From a virus: DNA of 64,000 bases. The DNA is taken from positions 5,295-69,294 of IMG/VR virus record IMGVR_UViG_3300002138_000073. One strand, 5' to 3'. Shown here one piece after another: positions 36,344 to 46,528 of this stretch. Under the pieces are notes generated by a model that did no database searches, was not told where the DNA came from, and was given only the letters and a program-made list of their open reading frames with translations. The position numbers and the translations under genes were made by a program. How positions within the stretch are numbered: the stretch's first letter is position 1; each line of letters begins with the position of its first letter.

Positions 36344-39300
36344 CTATATCATCTCTGTGATTGTTGCCTTGATCATAGATCCATCTGGACATGCTGCCTC
36401 TTGTCCGGGCTTAAAGGAGCAGTCACATTCTGAACGCCACTGTAGACTTAGGTTATTTATATCTGCCCCAGTAGTGACGGTATCAGCGAAAATACATGAT
36501 GAATTCATGTCGAATCTCACCCCAGAAGCTATGACACTGCAATGCGTAAACCCAATGATGTCGCAACAATCCTCCTGTGAGTCAGCCATCAGATTCCCGT
36601 ATACTATATCTCCGCACGTCCAAGTTCTTATGTATCTGACCGGATCTAGCGAAAATACTCCCGGATAGCAGTCCGATTCATACAGTTCGAGGGGGACAAC
36701 CGTAGAAGAACAGGTTCTTTTTGATCCAGCCACAGCAGACGGAGTGAAAGAATTCCCAGAGTAATCTATTACGTAGCGTCCTACATAAGTTGGTGGAAGC
36801 CCAGCATATGTCACCCCAGAACAATCGAATGTAGAATATGCTGAAGTGATTAGCCTAACAGGAGTACACGTTCCGGGATTAGCAAATTGATCTCCGCATA
36901 TAGATTGTCCGCAACCACAAGCCGGGGCGGTGACCAGACCATTACAGACAGCCGCATTGACATCCGAGAACACATAATTCAGCATAGTAGGAGCGTCCAG
37001 AGGCCTATTCGCCCTCTTCACTCTGTCAGGACAGCATTCTACGTCTACAAAAATCTTGAACTTGTTGAATAGGCAATTGTCGCTTCCTGAGGCTTCAGTA
37101 CTAGTAAAATACCCCATGGAATTTGCCCCATCCTGCGAAAGGGTAGATGGGCCAGCAAATGACACACTTAGTGTCTGATCTGTGTGGGTCACCGGCAGTG
37201 TTACATTACAGGTCTCTCCACTCTTTGGAAGAACACATGATTTGATATCTATCGTACTTCTCCAGCTAGGAGAAGAGATACCAACTAACGGGAGATAGTC
37301 ATCCACATATATGATTGTGTCGTCTATTCCCATTGACTGAATGATTGTCGCAACCGAGTCAGGATCACAAGGGTCAATCAATTTACCAAGCACAGATTCT
37401 GACAAAATCTCGGGGGAAAGATCGAAGCTCTGATATCCATTATACCAGCTTGGATTTTCAAGCTTGGCGTTCTGTGTACAGATTGACAGTGCCCCAAATG
37501 CTGACACTTTAGTCCCGGTCGCATAGCTCCTCCGAGGGAAGAACATCTTATTACAGAAGAAGTCTCCACCACACTCGGTTATGTCCTGAATGCAGCTATG
37601 TCGCTTGTTGGCTTCTCCGCTTCCAAATATGATCCCGGTTGATACTACTGGCAGCAAAATATCACATCCTGTAGGACTAACTGAAGGTTTGTAATATGAG
37701 GATGGAATTCCACTCCCATAATACAGGTTGTAGTAGTTCCAGAGTAGCCCATCGAACAGGAAATCTTGATTAGCGAATTCTCCAGAAGAAGGATGAATGT
37801 CGCAGACACCATCATAAGCGGGAGTCACAGAGTCTGTCGGGACAGCATAGGGTATTTGGGTACAAGAAACCCCATCGTTATACGCCCCATATCGAGCAAC
37901 ACATGTTACGTCGCCATCAACTATTACTTCATCTTTCCAAGATCTATCGTGGGTGTGATATTCTCTTGAGACATGGAGAGCGTATCCGCTGTATAAGCAC
38001 TCAATTTTGTTGACTATCATCACCTCAGGAAAACAAGACTTCCTATTTACTGTAATGCCGCTTGCTACTCCACTAAACGGAATTGGGTCTCCGCAGACAG
38101 AAGACATAGCTCTTGGGTCTTCGCAGTCGCCAGTGTCGCACGTAGCTGGTGTAAGCTGAGAGCAATCTGCATCCTTTGTTGGCTCTGTGAATTTGTACAT
38201 GACATTATCTACTGTAGCATTCGGCCCAGTATGGTATGAGCAGTAGCTAGTAGCTGTGTTTGTATAAGGACCAACCCCAATACGAGTGTATGGTGGGGCC
38301 GGATTAATCAAGAACGGGTCGGTAACTCTGTTTGCACCACTGATGGAAATCCAATAACCATCTCCAACACAACCGTATGGCTCATAACTGACAGATAGAA
38401 CAAGTCCAGTATTTGTTACATCATACTCTCTCATGAGGGTTGGAGTCGAACATTGGCACTTGCAAGAATTTAATTCATAGTGCGAGGGGACTCTTCTGGT
38501 TTGAAGTCCATTTACGGAAATTACATCGCCACAATCGTCGCACACCACCCCCTGACCGGAGCAACTGACACAAACGCTCTCAGGAGTACACCCAACGCAT
38601 GGGTAAAATGATCCACCAAGCGAGCACCCATAAAGGAGTACTTTCTCTCCAGAGCATAATATTATGTTCGCTGCTTCGGCACTAATAGGAGGGCCTACTT
38701 TGATCCCATCGCTCAAAACACTCGCGATATCTGTTCCACCGACCCCCATCAGTTCTTGTTCGGTCAAGGCTTCAAATTGAGCCTTCATTGGTTGAGAGAC
38801 TACGAAGAATCTAGATTGTAAGCTCAAATTCCCATCTTGAGCAGGATATGAATCCACACAACTACCACCCCCACACGACCATAAGTTCGACACTGAGTCA
38901 CCAGTGTAGAAGGCGAATGGGAAAATTGGATCTGTGATGTATTGAAGGTTCTCTTGACAAGCGAGCGAGAAAGCCCCATAGACAAGAAGCCCCGCTGGAG
39001 CGGATGGGAAATAATCGCTAATCAGGTAGTTAGACGCAATATCGTTGCATCCACTGATCTGAACAAACGAATTGTTTACCCCGCTTGATTGCCAGCCGAT
39101 CACAAGATCACTTCCGGCAATAGTCTTTACCCGCATTGGGATCTCTGTCCCGTCGATACAAGGGCATGTATTTCCAAAGTATGGATTGCCATGTTCTGCA
39201 GCTAAGGTATCTCCAGACCCACAATATGAAGATGCATACCCACTTTCACATACATAGGTTGGATCTATTGCGACTCCTTTATATTCACAATTATTATATC

Positions 39301-41785
39301 CATATTTGCCCCCATGACCAGCGACAGCATTGACGTTGTGTAAATATTTAGTATCCATGCCGGTAAGAGTCAACATCAGATCAGAGCTTTCCATTGTGAC
39401 AGTACCGCACCCGGCACATATGTCATCATGGTCAATCTCGATCAAGAATGGAACGTGGTCTGTCGGCCATCCACTAAAAAATGTACCAGAGGAATCAAAG
39501 TCTACATAGTTCGTCGGAAGATCATTACAACAGGCAAAATCTCCAGACTTAGCCACAAAGTATGGACTAATCAAAGCACCGTTTGAGTCCGCCAAGCCCC
39601 AATATGGGTACAGCCCAGAATCAGTGAAGCCACCACCCGTATCGCCATTCCAGTCTCCAGAAGCGAATACCGCTGGCTCAGGCCCATAGTTCTGAAACTC
39701 CCAATACATAGGAGCATCTATGTCTACAGACGGAGTAGTGTTTCTGTATGACCCGTCTTGATACAGGGCAGAAAATCCAGCAGTAATTACGTCTTTTCTG
39801 TCCTTGGTTGATTTGCCACAAAGATTTCGCATGAACCCATACGTAGTATATGGCTGTCTGACATTGCACGCTTCTGGCACCTCTGGAAAAGGATCACAAA
39901 AGTCATGATCAAAAGTGTACCCAAGATACTGTTTATATTTAGAGACCTGATATCTAAGATCATTACACCCATATACCTCTGGCCGCAAGTCAAAAGCTAG
40001 CAGACAAGGAAAAGAAACAGGAGACATCACTTGAACCATTGTTGGTGGAAGCTCTCCAAGTATCTGCTCTTCGCAGACACATGGGCATCTGTCTATTTCC
40101 CCGCCCCATGCTGTGCCCAAATTAAGGTACATGTATAGCTCTTGGCCAGCTAATCCTCTCTTTAGGTCTTCAATGCTTGTTGGGGCTCCTCCACTCCAAC
40201 CAGCTATTGGCCTGCCGGATGCGTCGAAAGAACAGTCGTCAGCAAAATTACACCCACGATATACAAAGGCCAGCCTCTGCAATCGATTTGTACTGTACTT
40301 GACGGTTCCGGTATAGCATTCGTTATACTGGAGAAACTGAGTTACACAGTCTGGGAATATGTCCAGAGTGGCTTGTTTTGAGTAGCAAGTCCCATTTCTG
40401 CCAGTAGTAGTATTGTATGAACTATCATGCCTAACCTGCGTGTCAAACAGGTCAACTTCGAAAAACGGGCCGTAGTAAGGAAGAGTCCTATCGAATACTG
40501 GGACACCGCTATTTATTTCTACGGTCCCGCTATCTGATACACTTGGATAGGTGTAATCCTTACGATATCCTGAAGACGCAGGATTAACTATATCTGAATT
40601 GTAGGTATACCGATTTTCTGGGAATCTGTTGGACTGAATCTTATTCTTGTTGTTGTTAAAGATCTTTCCAAAGTCTGTATGGTAATTAGTCTCATTCGAG
40701 AATTGCTTCAGGCTGTCATCAACTCCGTAGGCGACCCCACCGCAGCATGTGGCAGGATCGTATGTGTTGTGAGCGACCCAAGACCCACTTCCATTTACCG
40801 ATTCGTTAGTCGTTCCCCATGTCCCGAGTAATTCTGCCCGAGTGTAGGACCCAGAGTGGGAGACCGAGTGGATATGGTATGACTTACTGTAAGAGCCGAC
40901 ATCAGTAAAAGAAAGAACCATACCCTCTTTTAGGGCAGAGGCAGGACCTCCATCATAACTGAGCGTAGCAGCCGCCAAATAAGATACCCCAGTATCTCTA
41001 ACAATAGAGCCAGTCGGCTTAATATCTCCAGCATATCTCCCAGCTATGGCTCCATCTGGAAGGCAACCTCTCTCACCACTCACTCTTATAGAGTATGGGT
41101 CATATTGACTGCCAAAATTACTATCGTGTATAAAGTGCTCTTTATATGTGCCATCGCATTCTATTACATGATATGGGCTTGTAGTAGTTGATGAATAGCA
41201 AGATTCAATCGACGACATTCGCCAAGCACCAGTGGCGTTTTTATAGAGAGATTCCTTGAAATTTATCTTGTTGCCAAAGCCGTAATTTTCTGGGAACTTC
41301 TTGAATATTTGCGTGGGCTTTGTAGTATCACATGACGGATTGTCGGACGTAACAGCATCAACCGCTCCGGCTGCTCTATCTACAAGATAGACTTCTGCCC
41401 CACCCCTCTCAACGCCATCCAGCAACCCATCGCTCCCATAATGCTTAATTCCATCTGGGTCGAATACTGTTCTGAAAAGAGTGTCTGGCCTTTGCTCGTT
41501 CCTATATGGCCCAGTCGTTATTGGTCCGCAGGTCCGGTCAGAGACATGGGATTCCTGAAAGCCGTCAAAATAATCGAAGTGGCCGTTTTCATATCTGGCC
41601 CAGCCAGAGATTAGCACGCCATCAAAGCCCCAGAAAGCTGGATTGGCAATAACCTTAACCTTAAGGTTCCTTGGTACTGATATGCCGCCAGTCTGGGTGC
41701 TATCGAACGAGGCACCTTCTGAGCAAAAGGCTGTCTCGATACAATTCTTACCACATTCGTGGCAATTGTTAAACATATCAGCCAT
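36344..41785 (-). CDS. Giant Cys-rich putative tail fibre / receptor-binding protein (1813 aa)
   Basis: At the distal end of the tail module; about 85 Cys by manual count; G/S/T/Y-rich. Confidence 0.6.
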   Translation of the reverse strand: MADMFNNCHECGKNCIETAFCSEGASFDSTQTGGISVPRNLKVKVIANPAFWGFDGVLISGWARYENGHFDYFDGFQESHVSDRTCGPITTGPYRNEQRPDTLFRTVFDPDGIKHYGSDGLLDGVERGGAEVYLVDRAAGAVDAVTSDNPSCDTTKPTQIFKKFPENYGFGNKINFKESLYKNATGAWRMSSIESCYSSTTTSPYHVIECDGTYKEHFIHDSNFGSQYDPYSIRVSGERGCLPDGAIAGRYAGDIKPTGSIVRDTGVSYLAAATLSYDGGPASALKEGMVLSFTDVGSYSKSYHIHSVSHSGSYTRAELLGTWGTTNESVNGSGSWVAHNTYDPATCCGGVAYGVDDSLKQFSNETNYHTDFGKIFNNNKNKIQSNRFPENRYTYNSDIVNPASSGYRKDYTYPSVSDSGTVEINSGVPVFDRTLPYYGPFFEVDLFDTQVRHDSSYNTTTGRNGTCYSKQATLDIFPDCVTQFLQYNECYTGTVKYSTNRLQRLAFVYRGCNFADDCSFDASGRPIAGWSGGAPTSIEDLKRGLAGQELYMYLNLGTAWGGEIDRCPCVCEEQILGELPPTMVQVMSPVSFPCLLAFDLRPEVYGCNDLRYQVSKYKQYLGYTFDHDFCDPFPEVPEACNVRQPYTTYGFMRNLCGKSTKDRKDVITAGFSALYQDGSYRNTTPSVDIDAPMYWEFQNYGPEPAVFASGDWNGDTGGGFTDSGLYPYWGLADSNGALISPYFVAKSGDFACCNDLPTNYVDFDSSGTFFSGWPTDHVPFLIEIDHDDICAGCGTVTMESSDLMLTLTGMDTKYLHNVNAVAGHGGKYGYNNCEYKGVAIDPTYVCESGYASSYCGSGDTLAAEHGNPYFGNTCPCIDGTEIPMRVKTIAGSDLVIGWQSSGVNNSFVQISGCNDIASNYLISDYFPSAPAGLLVYGAFSLACQENLQYITDPIFPFAFYTGDSVSNLWSCGGGSCVDSYPAQDGNLSLQSRFFVVSQPMKAQFEALTEQELMGVGGTDIASVLSDGIKVGPPISAEAANIILCSGEKVLLYGCSLGGSFYPCVGCTPESVCVSCSGQGVVCDDCGDVISVNGLQTRRVPSHYELNSCKCQCSTPTLMREYDVTNTGLVLSVSYEPYGCVGDGYWISISGANRVTDPFLINPAPPYTRIGVGPYTNTATSYCSYHTGPNATVDNVMYKFTEPTKDADCSQLTPATCDTGDCEDPRAMSSVCGDPIPFSGVASGITVNRKSCFPEVMIVNKIECLYSGYALHVSREYHTHDRSWKDEVIVDGDVTCVARYGAYNDGVSCTQIPYAVPTDSVTPAYDGVCDIHPSSGEFANQDFLFDGLLWNYYNLYYGSGIPSSYYKPSVSPTGCDILLPVVSTGIIFGSGEANKRHSCIQDITECGGDFFCNKMFFPRRSYATGTKVSAFGALSICTQNAKLENPSWYNGYQSFDLSPEILSESVLGKLIDPCDPDSVATIIQSMGIDDTIIYVDDYLPLVGISSPSWRSTIDIKSCVLPKSGETCNVTLPVTHTDQTLSVSFAGPSTLSQDGANSMGYFTSTEASGSDNCLFNKFKIFVDVECCPDRVKRANRPLDAPTMLNYVFSDVNAAVCNGLVTAPACGCGQSICGDQFANPGTCTPVRLITSAYSTFDCSGVTYAGLPPTYVGRYVIDYSGNSFTPSAVAGSKRTCSSTVVPLELYESDCYPGVFSLDPVRYIRTWTCGDIVYGNLMADSQEDCCDIIGFTHCSVIASGVRFDMNSSCIFADTVTTGADINNLSLQWRSECDCSFKPGQEAACPDGSMIKATITEMI

Positions 41786-41868
41786 ATAGGGTCCTAATCA
41801 ATCAGCAAATTATTTGCAATGTTCCTGAGTACGCCTATTTTAATGATGTTTGTTTAAAATAGATTAAA

Positions 41869-43461
41869 TTAAAAAGAATTAATCAGGGCTGTGCTGGTCC
41901 CACAGTACTCACAACTGACCATTCCCTGAGTTTGTATTTTTCTTGAGCAAGTTTGCAGGACTCCACCATCACATCCTACATAAGTAGCAACTTGTGTAGT
42001 TTTAAATTCGGCCTGCATAATCCAGTGTACATCTAAAGATTCTGTTTCCGCTTCTGAATTTAGTGGGTAAATACCGACTTGATATGTTTTACTTCTTGGT
42101 AGTCCGCTAGACGGGACGATTGTCCCAGAAGAGAGTGCTCCACCAGTAAAAGATGGAGTGACGCCAACACAAAGCCCAGAAGATATTAGGGCAAATCCCC
42201 CATAAATATACCCAGATCCGGGACTAGAGACATTAAAGGTGGCCACTCCTGAAGAATTGGTAGTAATATTACCAGACGCTCCAACCCCAGATCCTCCGAC
42301 AAACGACCCTGTATTGACGTTCTTAGCCCTTCCGGTCTTTACGGTAAAACAGAGATCTCCTACCTCTAGGCTCTGTTTAAGGGGATTTTCGATAAGGATC
42401 TTCTTGCCGATACTAGCATCCCCATGTCTTGTAGAGTCTCCAGATGAACACGGATTAGAGGTGTGACCACAGTCAGAACAATCTTCAGTCCAAATATTAT
42501 AGTAACTTGGACCGATATCGTCCGTGGTTTGCCTCAAGATAAACGCTTCATAATGGGGAAATTCAAGCCCTGTATAGTCAAGCTTTTCATAGGCCCCAAC
42601 ATTGTTTTCGTCGGCGTCATACGCAAGTTGCTCTGGATCGTATATGGTCCCAGCAGAGTCAAAGGCCCTTCTGATTGTTGGGCCAACTCTACTAAATTGA
42701 TCTCGGGAAGCACTCCGTTCAACTTCGTATGAGAAATTTGATGGGTTATAAGTGTTTGTGACTTTAGAGAGAAAGACCTTAGTAGAAGTCCCAGCACTCC
42801 ATGTTTGCCTATCATTGTCCCATCTAACATCTAACGGGCCAGACTTCCATAGTTTGGGATCTCTGAATGCCCCAGTGGCAAACACTTCTGGATCGCCGCT
42901 GTCTGCTGGAACAGGCTTCCCATTAGTATCATATCCCCACCCCGTTATGATCATTGGGGCCTTAAACCCTACACCTTTAACCGAATTAAGCTCTAAATTC
43001 CCATTTGGGTAGATATTCTTGTATTGTGAGAAGTCCCCAGATCCAATCTGTTCCCCATTGAGGATCTCGATCGAATTGTAAAGAGCTACGTTAGGGCCTT
43101 CGGCATAAAACGTGGCAGCATCTACCATAGTTTTACCGGGATTGAACGGGTTTAGCTCGGTGGCTGTAATATCTCCTGATACTTCTGGCTGATTCCAATA
43201 TGGAAGGGATTCATGAGTAGCCCAATCTGCCCCAATCATGTATGGGCAAAATAGCTGGTCTAAGCTGACCATGCCAATATTATCAAGATCTTTTCCAGCA
43301 GAAGACACAGCTTTAGAGATATTTGATGTGCCAATTTCAATCGTTGAAATAATTTGGCTGCTTCCACTATGCTCAATATACTGAGGGGCAACCCTGCCAG
43401 TTATGACAAGGTGCATCTCTCCTTCTATTTTAACATTAGCAGCATTATCGTTGTTTGCCAT
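41869..43461 (-). CDS. Tail tip protein
   Basis: Position; WGYDTNGKPVP and GPLDVRWD motifs; G/S-rich beta region. Confidence 0.55.
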   Translation of the reverse strand: MANNDNAANVKIEGEMHLVITGRVAPQYIEHSGSSQIISTIEIGTSNISKAVSSAGKDLDNIGMVSLDQLFCPYMIGADWATHESLPYWNQPEVSGDITATELNPFNPGKTMVDAATFYAEGPNVALYNSIEILNGEQIGSGDFSQYKNIYPNGNLELNSVKGVGFKAPMIITGWGYDTNGKPVPADSGDPEVFATGAFRDPKLWKSGPLDVRWDNDRQTWSAGTSTKVFLSKVTNTYNPSNFSYEVERSASRDQFSRVGPTIRRAFDSAGTIYDPEQLAYDADENNVGAYEKLDYTGLEFPHYEAFILRQTTDDIGPSYYNIWTEDCSDCGHTSNPCSSGDSTRHGDASIGKKILIENPLKQSLEVGDLCFTVKTGRAKNVNTGSFVGGSGVGASGNITTNSSGVATFNVSSPGSGYIYGGFALISSGLCVGVTPSFTGGALSSGTIVPSSGLPRSKTYQVGIYPLNSEAETESLDVHWIMQAEFKTTQVATYVGCDGGVLQTCSRKIQTQGMVSCEYCGTSTALINSF

Positions 43462-46400
43462 TTTCCATCCTTCTCGCTAGGCTAGTGAGCCTGTCCAGTA
43501 GATACTTGTTTGTCCTACCAAACTTTGGAGCGAACGTTGTCATATTATAGGAAGTAGTGACCTGAGAAGCTGTGATGTTTACAGAGATATCAGAGACTAA
43601 TGGACCACCCTCAACTAGGGCTTGTCCCAAGTGAGTAATCTGCGGGTATCCCGCGATTGTTAGGGAACCTTCTTCAGTAAAGAGAAAGTCAAAGTTCTCC
43701 ACAGTATTCGCCATTAGTCGGCCAGCCGTGTTCATGCCATCATAACCAGAGGCTATCTCGATCAAGGTGCCTCCAAAGCTAACACTGCTTGGAAGGATGT
43801 ATTTCTCTGGTACTAAGGAGTCATCCTTTACATATTCCACCTTGGCTCCGTAAGGAGTGGAATTCTCTGTGGCCCATGGGCCGTAGACATATCTGTTGGA
43901 CTGTTGGGGAATTCCGAATGATTTTGGGGTCACAGCGAATTGATGAGTCTTGATTTCCTCATTGTTCGAGGCAAGCGATTGAGCATTTTGACCCTGTATT
44001 TTTTCAGCGTCTCCAGATAATGATGATGAGCCGTTTGGGCTGAAAAGTGATTCTTCTACAAATGGCATTGTGCTTATGTGGGAAACTAATTTGAAGACCC
44101 CTTTTGTCTCACATTTCGCATATGGCACGCACCCTAGCCCGTTATATGGAATATACGTTGTAATCAAAAAATTGATAGCTAGTTCTGGCGAATTATACGT
44201 AGACACAGGATTATAGAAAGTAAAATAGGTAGATGGTAGCAACATATAATTCTCATCTAGAGACACAGGCACACTCATAAGAGTCCTATTATTAGCTATT
44301 TGTCTAACATATTTTTCTTCATCTGTGAAATTCTTAAATGATATTATTTGAGCGGACGAAGACACTACTTCTGCATAATCTGGATTGCTAAAGAACTTAT
44401 TTTTTCCAGCTAACCCCGGAAGAATTGGCTCTGCCGTTTGCATATCATGTGTTGGTGCTACTCCGAAGTAGTAATTGGCATAAGCAGACAACCTGCCACC
44501 TTTTACAAATGTCCCATCTGGGGCTTCATAATCAGCGTAAGAGATTGGGTCTAGATATCCATCCTGAGATAAATCCCAACTCTTTATATATGAACCAAGT
44601 GGGCTTTCATTGTTTACATCCTGCTTAATTGTAAAAGCGGGACTCTTGACAATGAAGGTTTTCCCATAGTGAGCTTCCCCTATATCCTTTAGAGCCTGCC
44701 AGAGCGTGTTCAAGAATCCTTGCGTTTGCTCAAAAGTAGCTTCAAGTTCTGTCACTTGAGTAGGTATGAATCTTGCAGGCTTAGTTTGTGCATTAGAAGC
44801 TGCCGTAGAAGCTTGAGCCCTAAATGATTCCATCGCATAGCTTGTTGCTATTGCATTATTCACATCCAGAAAATTACTCATAACTGTTGTTTTGATCAGA
44901 TTAAACCTAGCACCAATTGCTGCTATTTTCCTTGGCCTCATCCTAATAACATATTCCAACCACTGCTGATAATCGTTCTTAGCTTCCATGATTTCTAGCA
45001 CTGATGCTAAATATATTCCATGGCTCATCAGATCCGGAATATCCAAATCTCCAACAGACTCAAATAGGTCTACAGCTATAACATCTACCCCTATCAGATT
45101 AGGATCGTCAAGAATCGGAGTTACGACTGGAACATTTGGAGTCTGAACGCCAGTCCTAGCAAAGATATTGATATCTCCCCAATACCAGTAGACATCAGGC
45201 GTCGGGTCTAGATCTCCGGGGCTTGAGACGCTACAAGTACTTCCGTAAATCTCTGGGGACTTATTATTGTTTATACCGTAAGAGCATACATAATTAATTC
45301 TAGACTGATATCCACCAACCACATATTTAGCAGACACCGCTCCAGAGTTCAGCCTAACCTTCAGATTAGTATCAATAAACCTCTCAGTTTCGTCTGGTGT
45401 GATACTCTCTACTGGCGATTCTCCACCAAACGGGGATGACGCTACTGGAGGACCATCTGGATGAGCATCCCCAGTCATTCCGATATCAAGTGGCAAATCC
45501 CCTATCTGGCCAATCCCACCTAGCTTATCAGACGCTTCACGTCCAACGACATAGGCTGAAAGTGGAAATTTCGTAGGAGCAGAGTTGTTCCTGTTTTGAG
45601 TTATGACTACAATCTGGCCACCGTAGACCGTGTTTGCGTGCGTCTGAGTCGGAATGTAGGTGGAAGTGTGCCCATCAGAAAAGTAGGGGCTAGCTGCCCC
45701 CGGAGGCTTCAATAGATCCACATAATAAATATGGTTGGCTAACGAGCATAACTCATTAACAAAGTCCATAATTGTGGCGGCTTGAATCCGATAATCATTC
45801 GGTAAAAAGGAAGCGATTTGGTTTAGGAACCCGTATACGTCGAAATTGTAAGCGTATGCATTGCTATTGACGTATGAATCGGCCCCATAGATAATATTGC
45901 TGCCTAGGGCCGGAGTTATTGCCGGATTCCCATTAAGGATTTCGTTCAGGGCATATGCGAATGCGTCTACTCTCATTCCTTGTCCGTTTACTACTGCCCT
46001 GCCGAAACCCGCCCCAAGTAACCCGTTAGTGTCATTCTCAAAGACCCCAAAAAGGTTCAGTATGTTGTAGATGGCAGACGTATTGATTGTTGAGTTCTTG
46101 CTGCCGAAGTCTAAGCATGTAGTGATATTGGGTCCTGATGCCTCAAGAGCCCCTCCATATCCTGCGAAGCTATCGGTGATCAAGGATGGGGCTTCAAGCA
46201 GCAGGGTTGGAGACTGCAATGTAACTGAGTACATCTTTGAGCCAGCAGATACAGATCTGGCCATATCCATGAGGATTCCGTAGAATCGGAACACTGGCTC
46301 ATTATCGCTGGATAGTATCTCAAAGTACTGTGGTGACCCAACTACCGCATTCTCTAGGTATTGCCCATCATCTTGGATTAGCTTGATCGTACATTGGCCA

Positions 46401-46525
46401 CCCTCTGAACTCCAACTTGAGTTGCAGGAGAAGTCTACGACTGTAAGCCCCAAAAATATTGGTGGGGTCAGAGAGAACGGATTACTCTCGGCAGAGTCTG
46501 TCCCGAACGGTTCAATATCAGCCAT
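43445..46525 (-). CDS. Tail hub/tip protein
   Basis: Second gene after the tape measure; hub-like N- and C-terminal beta segments. Confidence 0.55.
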   Translation of the reverse strand: MADIEPFGTDSAESNPFSLTPPIFLGLTVVDFSCNSSWSSEGGQCTIKLIQDDGQYLENAVVGSPQYFEILSSDNEPVFRFYGILMDMARSVSAGSKMYSVTLQSPTLLLEAPSLITDSFAGYGGALEASGPNITTCLDFGSKNSTINTSAIYNILNLFGVFENDTNGLLGAGFGRAVVNGQGMRVDAFAYALNEILNGNPAITPALGSNIIYGADSYVNSNAYAYNFDVYGFLNQIASFLPNDYRIQAATIMDFVNELCSLANHIYYVDLLKPPGAASPYFSDGHTSTYIPTQTHANTVYGGQIVVITQNRNNSAPTKFPLSAYVVGREASDKLGGIGQIGDLPLDIGMTGDAHPDGPPVASSPFGGESPVESITPDETERFIDTNLKVRLNSGAVSAKYVVGGYQSRINYVCSYGINNNKSPEIYGSTCSVSSPGDLDPTPDVYWYWGDINIFARTGVQTPNVPVVTPILDDPNLIGVDVIAVDLFESVGDLDIPDLMSHGIYLASVLEIMEAKNDYQQWLEYVIRMRPRKIAAIGARFNLIKTTVMSNFLDVNNAIATSYAMESFRAQASTAASNAQTKPARFIPTQVTELEATFEQTQGFLNTLWQALKDIGEAHYGKTFIVKSPAFTIKQDVNNESPLGSYIKSWDLSQDGYLDPISYADYEAPDGTFVKGGRLSAYANYYFGVAPTHDMQTAEPILPGLAGKNKFFSNPDYAEVVSSSAQIISFKNFTDEEKYVRQIANNRTLMSVPVSLDENYMLLPSTYFTFYNPVSTYNSPELAINFLITTYIPYNGLGCVPYAKCETKGVFKLVSHISTMPFVEESLFSPNGSSSLSGDAEKIQGQNAQSLASNNEEIKTHQFAVTPKSFGIPQQSNRYVYGPWATENSTPYGAKVEYVKDDSLVPEKYILPSSVSFGGTLIEIASGYDGMNTAGRLMANTVENFDFLFTEEGSLTIAGYPQITHLGQALVEGGPLVSDISVNITASQVTTSYNMTTFAPKFGRTNKYLLDRLTSLARRMENGKQR

Positions 46526-46528
46526 TTC

